Notes: generated by a model not told the origin, from the letters alone. A stretch of DNA of 64,000 nt from Podarcis muralis (GCF_964188315.1 NC_135664.1:25110001-25174000), one strand, 5' to 3'; positions 25,158 through 37,541 are shown, counted from the stretch's first letter. Translations and numbers: made by a program.

Positions 25158-26201
25158 TTGAAGGAGACATTATTTGAGAAGAAAAAGAGGTTCTAGAACT
25201 AGACTGTATCATGATGACTTTGAGGCTAGTTTCTCTGCAGGTTAAGATATCTTTTTTGCACAAATACTGAGGGTCGTTTTTAACACCTTCCTTTGATGCA
25301 AGGAAAGGGAGAATGTACAAGTGAGACAGGTTTTTGTGGTGGTGGACCTGGCGACAGGATCTTTGAGCAGCTATTGAGGTTCCCAGAGCCCTGACAGGGA
25401 CTAGTCCTGCACTAACACACAACCCAGCTCCGAGCTAATATTTTAGATATCCCACAATGTCCTGGAAAGATGCCACCTCAGCGGCATTATGGGAAATTTA
25501 AATGGAGAGGACCTACCAAAGGCTACCTACTGAGGGAGTCCCCTCAAACCTGTTGGGTATGGAAGCAGTATAAACTACTTCCACTCCTGAAACTTGTTAA
25601 ATGATACATGAACTTTGCAAAAATCATGATGTATCTTCTCGCCCCATTTAGGGAAAGTACTGGTTATCAACATGGTGCTATGTCCTTCCCAGGGAAGCCT
25701 GCCAAACCTTGGCTTTCTATGACTTCAGTCACCAAACTAGAACTAACCTTATTTTGCTTGCTTGCTTGCTGTTGGCTTTATAGTGCTTTGGATTTTTAGT
25801 GAGGAAGTCTTATGCTCTATATTTTTGTTTCAATTGTCTTACTGTTGTTTTATTCATTGATTGTTAGCTGCTATGGGTTACTTTGGCAAGAAAAACGGGA
25901 TATAAATTCCTAAAATAAATGTCAATAATGAAAGCTCCTTTTCTCCATTTTTTCCAGTTCCTGTGCAGTCTCCCTTTTCTGTTGTTGTCAGTTAGAGGCT
26001 AATAGCAAAAACCCATGCATAAAGAAATTTATTTGGGAAATGAATGTGACCTGTTGCTGATGTAATACTGCAGAGGAGTGGACCAGAGACTCATGTGTTC
26101 ACTGTTTACTTCTCCAGAGAGAATTTCTGCCTCCTTTTTCTCATTTACTTTACCCATGGTTCAGCTTTACAATGTGCACCCATTCCAACCATTGTTTAGA
26201 G

Positions 26202-26381
26202 CAGGGGTCAGCAAACTTTTTCAGCAGGGGGTTGGTCCACTGTCCCTCAGACCTTGTGGGGGGCCGGACTATATTTTGAAAAAAATAATAATGAACGAAT
26301 TCCTATACTCATGTAAAAACACGCTGATTCCCGGACCGTCCGCGGGCCAGATTTAGAAGGCGATTAGTTTGCCTACCCATG
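26202..26381 (-). mobile_element. hAT MITE, same family, internally deleted
   Basis: TIRs; perfect TSD GTTTAGAG. Confidence 0.88.
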
Positions 26382-27099
26382 GTTTAGAGTTACCAGACTT
26401 CCCATCTGATTGTGGTTTAGCAGTGTCCAGGTGACAGAAACGAACTAGGCCAAGTGATCTGCTGCTTTCCTATTTTTGGAAAAGAAATAAATACATTTTC
26501 CTTGCTCAGAGATGAAGCAGAGTAGCCGTTAGCTGCAGCCTTCTGAATTTCCATGCCTGGTACAGTTTTCTTGAGAGTGTTTATTTATATATATCTTTTA
26601 GCTTATTCGAGCTAGAAGTTTTCCTTGCATTTATTATGTCTCTTGGAAAGTTATCTTCTGTCAGATTCTTGGCTAATGACCTTGCTGAATTAACAGAATG
26701 AAAAGGAATGGGCAGAGAAAATGGGTTTGTCTCAGCTGGGGGGTGGGTAGAGGAGGGGAAGAGAGAATGTACTGCTTTTACCACTGTACTCATTTTTATG
26801 GATAGTTAGTGTTGAATGGAGGGTGAAGATCTGTCAGCTTCTCAGGCAGGTAAAAGACACATTTAGAAATAATAACACACAAACGCACATACATGGATAT
26901 ATATATTTCTGACAGTTGATGTACCATTATTCAACCTGGGAGTTACCCAGTGAATAAACTCTTGAGCTTTTTAAAAAAAAGACAGGTGGAGAATTTCTAT
27001 TGCTTTTTAAATGTCCATTTGGAGCCAGATGCTGGAAACCTTTGTCAAAACCTTAGCACAGAGGCAGGGATCGTGAACCTGGCTGTATAACGTTTGCTT

Positions 27100-27690
27100 G
27101 TTTGTTTATTATTAAATTCGTATGCCGCCTTTCACCCCTGGAGGCAGGAATAGAACCACTGAAACACAACACCGCTGCCACCACCCAAATGCCAAACTCC
27201 CTCAAGGATACTGTGGTCAATGGTATCAAAAATGGCCAAGAGGTCAAGAAGAACAAGCAGATTTGCACTCCCTCAGTCTGGTCGCCCGACAAATATCATC
27301 AGCCAGGGTGACCAAGGAAGTTTCAGTGCCATGACCAAGCCTGAAGCTACAGTCGTACCTTGGTAGTTGAACGCCTTAGTTGTTGAACAAATCAGCTCCC
27401 GAACGCTGCAAACACGGAAGTGAGTATTCCAGTTTGCGAACATTTTTTGGAAGCCAAACATCCGACGTGACTTCTGATTGGCTGCAAGAAGCTCCAACAG
27501 CCAATCAGAAGCTTTGCCTTGGCTTCCGAACCATTTCGGGAATCGAACGGACTCCTGGAATGGATTAAATTCGAGAAGCAAGGTACGACTGTACACAGTA
27601 ACGGATGCAGATATATCGTCTCCTCCAAGCATGCCTTCCTGAATCTAGACTGCCACCACCCTCTTGAGAACCTTTCTCAGATAAGGGGTT
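27100..27690 (-). mobile_element. L2-type LINE RT fragment fused to its 3' tail, split by a MITE
   Basis: Minus-strand frames give KVLKRVVA, FRLGHGTETSLVTLADD and LLVLLDL..FDTIDH (L2/CR1 RT motifs); tail ggtgaaaggcggcatacgaatttaataataaa. Confidence 0.75.
27350..27591. mobile_element. Tc1/mariner (pogo/Tigger-like) MITE
   Basis: TA|cagtcgtaccttg...caaggtacgactg|TA; same family at ~42250-42462 (left end lost) and 51072-51313. Confidence 0.85.
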
Positions 27691-30679
27691 ATAAAATATT
27701 TTTTAGTGTAAAATAATTTTTACTGTGGCCCCACGTTGCCAATAACCGTAAAAAGTGGGTGCTTTTGTGCAGCTGACCATTTATACTTGAATTACTAAAG
27801 AGAGGCTTCCATTGTGTCAGTTTAATTGTTGTTCCACCCACCCCCTTTTAACCAAAAAGTAGTATAATTCCATTTGTAGCATTGGACTGCTGCTTTTCTT
27901 GCCTAGCCGTGAATTCTCTGGATAGCCTTAGGCAATTTATTCTATCTTCGTCTCATTTCCTGGTCTGTAAAATGGAATTATTAATGACCTACCTCACAGA
28001 GGTGTTGTGAGGTGGAATGAGAAAGTTGCTTTACAGAATGCTGTACTCTTAAAAGCAAGGTAGGAATCAATAATATAAGATTGTGATTGCCCAATTGTGT
28101 CTCAAAAAGCAGACATGATACAAAATAAGGACTATCCTGTAATTTAGAGCTGAAATGAGTATTGGCAACAGTGTGAAAGTTTGCACAATTTTCATTTTGA
28201 CGCACCCAGATTTTGCCTGTGAAATTTAAAATGTAAAATTTGAATTTTCAATAACAACTTATTACCTTGAAATTCAAATTGTCTCTTTACTACTTTGATT
28301 TTTTCAGGTGTCAGCCATTGCCAAAAAAAACCTAAGTAGCATTGCTTGCCATCCATCTCATACTAAATAGTGTTCTATTTCAATGAAGTGCAACATTTTT
28401 ATACTTTTTTTTTTAAAGGTTCTCTGGTCAGCGCGTGCCACATATTAAATATTACCAAAAACAATTAGATTTCAAATGGCAGTATGAAGCATTTGGTCAA
28501 TATCTGACAGCTAGTCAATGTACAGAAGTCAATTTTAGAAGATTTTTTTTTGGGGGGGGGAAACAAACTAGTTCGCTTTCATTTATTCTATAAAGGAACT
28601 TTGGTACCTGAAAAAATAAAGAAATGGGAGTTGTGCTTTTCATGGGTAAAACGTAGAGCCAATCCCCACCACCCAAAAGATGCTCAGAAGGCAACATATG
28701 TTATGTCAGATTTACATTGCAGTATTGTCATGCACACATAGTATGATCGTTGTCGTCTTGCTGCAATGAAAGGCAGTTAAACCTTAGAAAGATTATGAAT
28801 GCTGAGGAAAGCGTCATTAACTTTTATTATATCCAGAAGCTAGCAGGCATTTGAGTCTTTAACTTTGTTCTATTATGAAGGAAGGAAACGTGTGCAGTGT
28901 TAACTTGGACATTTGCTATGGGGCTTTCACAACGCATATGAGATTTATCAGCTGGGCTCATGCTGTTTAATGAGAACAGACTTCTGCAGCTATCCTGCTC
29001 ATTGATAGAATACCATAGCGCTCTGTGACGAAGGTATTTGGTGTTAGGCTTATGCTACTTCGCATAGATTTGTTAATTTGCGTGCGTGGTGGGGTAGTAT
29101 TTTCAGGTCGCGCAAGACTTTATTACTCTCTGTACGTGCGTGAATATATACTGGAAATAGCACTCACTTTTTCGAAGTGGTATTAAACAGACCTGGGCAC
29201 CCTGATTGTTCCAGCTGCCTGCTGTATGGTATGTAATTAAAGGGTCATTCTTTTTATATTACTCTGAAATAAACTCCATAATTAGATCATTGCGCAAGTG
29301 AAGTTTAAGTGCCTCATTTCTCATTGGGGAACAATAAAATAAATCCAATTGCCGTTAATGTTCTCTCGCCCCTCACAAACATACCTCTTAAATAAATTAC
29401 ACTATTGACCAATATTTAGTGGGTTGTTGTTTTTTTTTAAATCTTCGTTCTCCACCTTGTTTTCTCTGCCCACCCACAACCCATTTTAAAATGAGACAGA
29501 AATGTTTTCATGTACTGTAATTAAATCTATGGCTGCTTGAAAATAATTCTTTTGGAGATTCACAAGCCCTTCTTCATTGCGCCAAGTTGGACAGAACCTT
29601 CGCTTGCTCACTGCTGATCTACATATAAGAACCGAGTATATAAATTTGAAATATGAAGAACTTCCATTGTGAACATCATCTATTGTGAGCTGTGTGCAAA
29701 TGCGTGTGGATTTGGTATTGCCATCCAAAGTTGTGTCTCCAGATTAAGTCAGGGTTAAGACTGGCTCATAGGAAACTGTCAGGAACCAGGAGTGCTGCAA
29801 GGGAACCCTTCCTTATTGGGTACCAATAAATATAATTAGTATAGCATTTTTAGAAGCCCATCTTCCCTCCCATAAATCCTGGTGTAATTGGTATTGAGCT
29901 AGCCATTATTTGTTGTCGCCAATGAACCTTGCATCGTCTGGCAAGCCGTACCTTTCTCCCAAGCTTGCAATTTATGCTCTCACCTTGACAGCTTCTGGAA
30001 AGCTTCCCACTGCTTGAAAAGTGCAGTAGAAATCAGGTTATCTAGGATAAGGATCCATGTGGTTCTGGGTGTCATGTTTGCCAGGAGGCTGGCTGTGCTT
30101 GCCTCTGGAGAGCTGCCACCTGGATTTGTGGCTATCTGGTCTACTTTCGCAGTTGCCTGATGCCACCTTTGCTTTCTGCTATGCACTTCTGCCTTCTTTT
30201 GAGTAATTCTGCCAGGCACACAGGCTTAGCTGTATTGAAAATGACCTTGGCACGAGGCCTCTCTTAGAATTCTATCTGTATTTTGCAGCAAAGCTTGTGA
30301 ATGTGCTGGATCAAATAACGAGACTCTTATTTCGTTCTTTGTTCTATCACTTTTGACAGGGTGCCTCTTTCTGCAAATGTGCCTACACTCTTTTGTTGCC
30401 TGTGTTTCGGGAAGTTTTGTAGCTTTCTTGCACTGCATTTTTGTGTTAAACCTTTCTGGACCATAGCACTTCTCCCCTTTTAACTTGGTGGGTTACATAC
30501 AATATAAATGGAGTTTAATCTCCTTCCCTTTTTCTCATACATGTTCATGAGCTGAGCCATCAGGAAACCTACGGCTCAATCTTAAGCATGGCCACTCAGG
30601 AAGAAGTACCATTGTGTTCAATGGGGCTTACTCCCAAGTAAATGGATATAGGATTGCAGCCCATGAGATAATATCAGAT

Positions 30680-31164
30680 GTTGTTTAGTCATTTAGTCGT
30701 GTCCGACTCTTTGTGACCCCATGGACCAGAGCATGCCCGGCACTCCTGTCTTCCACTGCCTCCCGCAGTTTGGTCAAACTCATGCTGGTAGCTTCGAGAA
30801 CACTATCCAACCATCTCGTCCTCTGTCGTCCCCTTCTCCTTGTGCCCTCCATCTTTCCCAACATCAGGGTCTTTTCCAGGGAGTCTTCTCTTCTCATGAG
30901 GTGGCCAAAGTATTGGAGCCTCAGCTTCACGATCTGTCCTTCCAGTGAGCACTCAGGGCTGATTTCCTTAAGAATGGATAGGTTTGTTCTTCTTGCAGTC
31001 CATGGGACTCTCAAGAGTCTCCTCCAGCACCATCATTCAAAAGCATCAATTCTTCGGCGATCAGCCTTCCTTATGGTCCAGCTCTCACTTCCATACATCA
31101 CTACTGGGAAAACCATGGCTTTAACTATGCGGACCTTTGTTGGCAAGGTGATGTCTCTACTTGT
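30680..31164 (-). mobile_element. Bov-B LINE 3' fragment
   Basis: ORF 30685..31014 (RVPWTARRTNLSILKEISPECSLEGQ...); TSD TAATATCAGAT (30669-30679, 31165-31175). Confidence 0.93.
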
Positions 31165-31196
31165 TAATATCAGATAATCTAGGGTAATCTAGGTAT

Positions 31197-31513
31197 GGGA
31201 CGCGGGTGGCGCTGTGGGTAAAACCTCAGCACCTAGGACTTGCCTGTTGCTCGGTCCCAGCGCCTGCCAACCTAGCAGTTCGAAAGCACCCCCGGGTGCA
31301 AGTAGATAAATAGGGACCACTTACTAGCGGGAAGGTAAACGGCGTTTCCGTGTGCTGCGCTGGCTCGCCAGAGCAGCGATGTCACACTGGCCACGTGACC
31401 TGGAAGTGTCTGCGGACAGCGCTGGCTCCCGGCCTATAGAGTGAGTTGAGCGCACAACCCTAGAGTCTGGCAAGACTGGCCTGTACGGGCAGGGGTACCT
31501 TTACCTTTACCTT
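31197..31513 (+). mobile_element. Sauria SINE (same subfamily as the 6422 copy)
   Basis: Head gggacgcgggtggcgctg; TSD TAATCTAGGGTA (31175-31186, 31514-31525). Confidence 0.92.
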
Positions 31514-32061
31514 TAATCTAGGGTAAAACTTGCACCGCCAACAAATACATTAAATGTGACAACATGTTGGTCTTGTAGACAGGCATCCCAGTAGACATAG
31601 GGCTGCCATATGCCTGGATTTCCCCAGACATTACCGGGACTTCAAAGGCAGAATTGATGTCTGGGAGGAATTTCCGAAAGGTGGTGCTTTGGGTTTTCCC
31701 CTCTTGAAATATGGCAACCCAACCCAGTACAGATGTTCAGGATTAGTCTTGACAGATGGACAGGGTCATTCACAGCAGTAGAATAAGAAGAATAAAATTG
31801 GAAGTATTTTTGAAGCATGCAACAGTGTCCAGCAGTATTTGCAAATCCAAACACTAACAGAAGGTTGGATGGGGAGGGAGAAGGGAAGAAGAGTAAGTTT
31901 CTCAGCCAGGGGTGACCTCTGCCCATAGCTGGCATAATTCCAGCTTTTATGTTAAATCAACATAAAGCTCTGTGTGAGTAGTTTTGATTTATCTGCTTTA
32001 AAAACAAAACAAAAACAAAAAGCCCAAATCATCTTCATGTTGTATGAAGCCATAGGGCACT

Positions 32062-32182
32062 ATGGATAGAGATAAAATGGGTTACTTGTTTAGCAACAAG
32101 TTGGCTTTTTTATATAAGCAAAGAGAAGAAGTGGAGCCCGAAACATTCAGCGCTTGTTTATATAGTAAAAATGTATGGAAGG
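32062..32182 (+). CDS. Candidate alternative first coding exon of DOCK4 (unconfirmed)
   Basis: actATGG Kozak, 40 open codons (MDRDKMGYLFSNKLAFLYKQREEVEPETFSACLYSKNVWK), then AGG|gtaagt in phase 1, matching exon 2. Confidence 0.45.
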
Positions 32183-32617
32183 GTAAGTGTAGCTAATTAT
32201 GTTCCAACTGCTCACTTTCTTACATTTTTAAAAATAAATAAATCAGAATGCACTTTCAAAGGGAGGGGCAAAGCCCAGAGTTTGTATTTCCTTCTTATTG
32301 CACTATTGCAACATTAGAATACTTTTCCGTGTTTCATGAAGGAATTTTAGTAAAGATAAATTAAATTGATAGCACAATCCTTTACATGTCTATTCAGGAC
32401 TGACACCCAATGATTCCTATGGGACTTGTTCTCGGGTAAGCATAAATAGGATTGCAGCTTAAGTTAGGGAACAAATGCATTTATTTAGTTAGTTATTTTC
32501 CCCAATGCTTCCTCCTGAAAGGTAGCTCAGGGCAGTGAACATAAAATAACACAATTAATCACAACACATTTAAACAATCAATCAAAACCTCATTCAGATT
32601 GCAGCGGTTAATGCCTT

Positions 32618-32741
32618 CATAGAATCATAGAATTGGACCACAAGAATCATTTAGTCCAACCCCCTGCGATGCCCAACATAGGACTCGAATCCATGACTCT
32701 GAGATTAGGAGTCTCATGCTCAACCAACTGAGCTATTCAGC
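32618..32741 (-). mobile_element. tRNA(Lys)-like/CR1-tail SINE
   Basis: catagaatcatagaattgg...ggactcgaatcc...gagtctcatgctcaaccaactgagct. Confidence 0.75.
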
Positions 32742-33239
32742 AAGAGCCTCTATGCTCCAAAGGCCTGGATAAACATTGTTAACAAATACACGTGCATATC
32801 TCATGGTCATTACAAAGTTAACAAGCTTGCAATCCCCCAAGTGTAAGACCACAAGAGTCTTCTGGGATACATTATCTCAGCCCTGTTTAGGGAAGTTTTT
32901 AATGACAGGTGTTTTAATGTTGTTTTAATCTTTTGTTGGAAGCCGCCCAGAGTGGCTGGGGAAGAAATAATAAATAATAATAGTAACCATTATTATTATT
33001 AGGTTTGTAAGTGTAAAGAGGTATTCTGCAACACACAAATAATAGGATTTTACTTTGCTGTTTCACTCTTTCTGAAGCAGAAGTGAGGAAGTTGTGGCCC
33101 TGGCCTAGTTTCAAAACCCTGTCCATTTCACAAACTCAGTCCACTTTACCCTGGTTCCTCACACACCTCCATCACGCGGTCCTGATAGGTTAACCATCAG
33201 GATCTCTGGATCTCTCAGCAATTTAACTGTTTCGACGTA

Positions 33240-33471
33240 CAGTGGTACCTTGGTTTACAACCACAATCTGTTCCGGAGGTCCGTTTGTAAACCAAAACAG
33301 GTTGTAACCCAAAGCACACTTTCGTCAATGGGGCTCCCCCCCAAAAATTGGTTGTAATCCAATTTTTTTTTTTTTTGTAATCCAAAAAAAGGGACACGTA
33401 CTTCCGGGTTTGACGTGGTTGTAATCCAAAACGGTTGTAATCCAAAGCGGTTGCGAACCAAGGTACCACTG
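33240..33471. mobile_element. Tc1/mariner-like MITE
   Basis: TA|cagtggtaccttgg...ccaaggtaccactg|TA. Confidence 0.85.
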
Positions 33472-35688
33472 TACTATTATTGTGAACAATTATGTGGACG
33501 GAATGCATGGAATGCATACTGAATTCATGCTGAACCCTTGAATCCCTTTGTTTTTTCCAAATAATCGTAATAGGCTATTGTGTTGACAGTTCTGCGTTGA
33601 TAACTGCACAACAATTGAAGGTACAAAGGACAACCCCCAAATGTTCCTAAAATAGTCCGATTTCGATTGTAATATTAAATGATTGGGAAGAGATTTATGA
33701 AAGGCAAGTTTCCTTTCCTCTCTGCTGCCCAGTGTACTTGTTCCCACATTGTTCAGGAGAGCCCTCTGATTCACACTCCCGGGAGAAGTTTCTGAATAGG
33801 TAACTTCCCTTCTGACTTATCATAGACCCCAAGCCCCTGTATTTTTCCAGTTTGACACTGAAGAGCGAGTCCTTAAACAAGCCTTCCCCTCTGCTACCAC
33901 TGCTGCTGTGGGAATTTGAAATGGTGCCCCTTTGTGCCGTGGGTTCGTACGCACTGTATGGATTGCCATTATCCATAACGAGACACATAACAATGACAAT
34001 TGTTTTAATACTGGCATTGCCTAGGAAAGTTTGCTTCCAGCCGTGCTAAGTTTCGGCTGAGACGGCTCTTGCTTCTGCTGAGACGGGATGATTTCCGCCT
34101 TTAGAAAGGCTATTTTGTAAAGATAGTTGTTTTGTACAGCTCACAACCGGGAGGCTGAAGAGGAAGTGTCTTCAGGATTACTGTTTAAGGGCGCCATTGA
34201 CCTTGTGCGCTGCCCTCCTTCCTCCCCTCCTTCCTATTGTGGGACTTAACTCACAAGCAGTGTCTTTGAGAGAGCAGCTGGTACTTTAAAGGCAATTTGT
34301 CATGTAGCTGGGACTTGAAAGATCATTGCAGTTCCTTGATTGGGCTGATAAGTAATTCTCCGTGCACATCTGCAATTCCACAGCTGCTTCCTCCTTACTG
34401 GAGTCTTGCTTTCTCAGCCAGTCTGATGGATTTCCTTTCATTCTTGTTGCACCCTTAGTTTTGTCTATTTAGCTTCTTACAGTTGCTGATTTCAGCTGTG
34501 AGATTATGGAGGAGAGCACAAGTTTTGGCCCAAATTGATATTTCTTTACCAGTATTACTATATCCACTGGTTAACATAAAAAAAGATAAATGGATTACCA
34601 GTGTCTAACATATTTATCTTTTCCCTTCTCCACCCACAAATTTGTTTTTGCCCACATTTTAGAAAACAAAACTGAAGTGCAGGTAAAGTCCCTTTGAAAC
34701 ATTCATGTAAAAAGGAGGGCAATAGAGATTCCATGTATCTGATCTTTTGCAGGGAACTTAAATGCTCTAGCAGTCCCTTTCAGCATTTGTACTCCTCATT
34801 TTAGGAATGACCCTGTAAAGTCACTCTCTCCTACTTTTTTTTAGTTTAGCCTGTACAAAGTTCCATGAGACTCGTAAGATTGCTACAATCACATTTAAAC
34901 CCCATGCTAGTCCATTAAAAATTGTGCTGCCATACGTCCAGAACTTTCCGGACATATCCCGGATTCGTTCTCCGAAAACAACACCCAGGTGGATTTTTCA
35001 GAAATTGGTTAAAGTGTCCGGGAAATTCCGGATGCATGGCAGCTCAAATTGGAAGTGTATATTTTCCCCCCAAAAGCCCTCAAAAACTTAGTGTTTGGGG
35101 GGAGATTTTGCAAAAAGAAAAAAGCTCAATAAACCTTGGCCAAGGGAAGTGGATCAGAATAAAAATTAACACAGAAATTAGCAAGGCTAATTGCAACCAT
35201 GAGTTGGGGCATCCTAAAATATTGTGGCAATTGAGATCCTTAGTGGGGGGTGCAAGGGGAAAAAAATCCCCTTTTCACTTAACCCCCCCCCCACTGATTT
35301 CTATACCTTTTCTCACCTGAAAACCAGCAAAATAAATAAATAAATCCCCAAAAGAGAAATACAAAATAAAACACATTCCTTCTCATACTCAGTATGTTTT
35401 GTCATTATCTAATTGCTACAGGTTTTATCTAGATTTATAATAAAGGGACCATTAAGTATCTAAGCACAGCCCTAGATTTTACTATGAATTTGTCTGCATA
35501 TTTTTGCAGCTCTATTCATAGTGATATGAAGAGACTCCCCCCCCCCCTTATACTAGAAACTGCTCATGTTTCTGTTACTTATTGTTAAGGGAACGCCTTT
35601 TTCTTTTATTGGGTAAAAGTAAGAAAAAAGAAGCTCTTGCCACCTACCCACTAAAACCATAATCTGATATTTTTATAGTAGATACATC

Positions 35689-35821
35689 CATGGGTGTAGC
35701 TAGGATTTTTGTGAGGGAGGGGGCAGGCCTTTTGTATGGGGAGGCAGAACCTCAGTTAGCTATGTATTTTTATTGATTTTTATTGAGGGGGCAGCTGCCC
35801 CCCCCCCCGGCTATGCCCATG
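35689..35821. mobile_element. hAT MITE ~140 nt upstream of exon 2
   Basis: TIRs catgggtgtagc / gctatgcccatg; TSD gatacatc/aatacatc. Confidence 0.75.
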
Positions 35822-35962
35822 AATACATCTTATATTACTATGTGTTTTAGAAAAAATAGTTCATTAATGGCCATGCTTTTCCTTATAGTGAAAGCTGAAT
35901 GGCAAACATGTGGCTTGTTAAAAATATATATATGTTTAATTGGAATTTAATATCTCTTTCAG

Positions 35963-36046
35963 TAATTGCAAGTTTTCGAGGAGCAGTTCCCCATGGCTTA
36001 TCACTGGAGATTGGAGACACTGTTCAAATACTGGAGAAATGTGATG
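35963..36046 (+). CDS. DOCK4: DOCK4 exon 2 (SH3 domain start), phase 1 to phase 1
   Basis: tctctttcag|TA ATT GCA...TGT GAT G|gtaagt translates (V)IASFRGAVPHGLSLEIGDTVQILEKCD(G), matching the DOCK4 N-terminus as I recall it; 84 nt. Confidence 0.97.
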
Positions 36047-36406
36047 GTAAGTGTTGACATTAGTACAGGACTGTCTGGTGGGAAGGTTGTCCAAGGTCAT
36101 TTCACCTCATTACACTGAGGCAGGATCAGTGTGTTTGCTCTAGATGAGTGCCTATTTAATGGGGGAAAGACCAACTTTAATCTTCGATGAGAAAAGGCAA
36201 CAGAGTTTGGACATGCCGTTGTAACAGGAAATCGCCTACAAAATTAAATGTTTCTAACCCAAAATATATCAGAATTAGTCCAGTCACCCAGATACTGTGG
36301 AGAAAGCAACTATGGTCAGTGGGGAAATAATTATTTTATGTACAGTAGGCATTTTCAGTAGCCGTGAAAGCAAAATCTAGACACTACTCCAAATTATAAA
36401 CAAGTA

Positions 36407-36620
36407 AAGTGGACACTCGGGTTGCAAACGTGATCCGTGCGGGGTGCACGTTTGCAACCTGCAGCGGCTCGTCTGCGCATGCGGAAGTTGCAATTCAGCG
36501 CTTCTGTGCATGCGCAACTGCCGAAACCCAGAAGTAACCCATTCTGGTACTTCTGGGTTTTGGCGGGTCCGTAACCCAAAAAAATGCAACCTGAAGCACC
36601 TGTAACCCGAGGTATGACTG
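36407..36620. mobile_element. Tc1/mariner-like MITE (intron 2)
   Basis: TA|aagtggacactcggg...cccgaggtatgactg|TA. Confidence 0.8.
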
Positions 36621-36778
36621 TACATTGTCAGTCACCTCCTGCAGAGGTAAGGAAAAATAACACCAAAATCTTTGGGTAAAGCATCTAGTACCGCTCATGT
36701 GATACTGGATGCTAAACTGTATTATTCCAAAAATGTGTGCTTGTTGGGAAAAAGGTGTAGCTTTAGAAATGCCATGAG

Positions 36779-37077
36779 CAGGGCTATTTTTCTAGAAAAA
36801 AGGTGCTAGACATCACAAGGAACTAGGGTTGCCATACGTTTGGAACTTCCTGGACATAGCTGGAATTCAAGCAGCCACAAATAGTGTCTGGGCGAAAATC
36901 ACTGCAGTCCAGGAAGATCCAGACCTATGGCAACCCATTAAAAAAAGCTCGACAACTTTGCCAAAATATGGCAACCCTACCATGAACACTTTCCTTGTTC
37001 TCTTATAATGGCAATGGCTCCCACCTGAGAAGTGCCGAAACTGAATTCCTGTGAGTTCTGGCTGAATAAAAGCCCTG
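36779..37077. mobile_element. hAT MITE with a nested second MITE (36824-36979)
   Basis: TIRs cagggct / agccctg; perfect TSD GCCATGAG. Confidence 0.8.
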
Positions 37078-37500
37078 GCCATGAGACTAGAGTTCTTTTC
37101 TCTCTTGATTTAATGGGTTAAATTTCTGTCTGTTAGACAAAGGAAATATAAATGCATGCCCTCTGCTATGTTTCAGATTCTCCTTTTCATACCAGTGCTG
37201 AAAGGATATCTATTTATTTATGTGCTGTTATTTACAACTCTCTGGTTTTTTTAAAATGGGCGTTAGTTTGTGCTAGTTAAAAACTTGTGGGGGTGGAAAC
37301 TTCAATTGTGAACATTTTTCTTTCTGCACAAGACCCATTAAAGGGTATGAGATTTGCGTTATGTGTCGCTGCTGACACAATAGCACGCTATGAATCCATC
37401 TGCCACTTTTATTATTGTAGATGACATTGTATTGTTGATGTCAGAGAGTTTTTCAGATAAAATGTAAGTTTACATATCAATTGTTATTATTTTTCTACAG

Positions 37501-37541
37501 GCTGGTACAGAGGATTTGCCTTAAAAAACCCCAACCTCAAG
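37501..37541 (+). CDS. DOCK4: DOCK4 exon 3 (SH3)
   Basis: ttttctacag|GC TGG TAC...CTC AAG|gtaaaa = (G)WYRGFALKNPNLK; 41 nt; phase fits exon 2. Confidence 0.97.

Noticed and set aside
29980-30230. Minus-strand exon-like segment with acceptor and AAG|GTGAGA donor
   Set aside because: All three frames from the acceptor contain stops; no recognisable product.
32370-32460. CGG|GTAAGC donor inside a palindromic caatcct...aggattg element (also 30575-30660)
   Set aside because: Part of a common short lizard repeat; the ATG is in the wrong phase.
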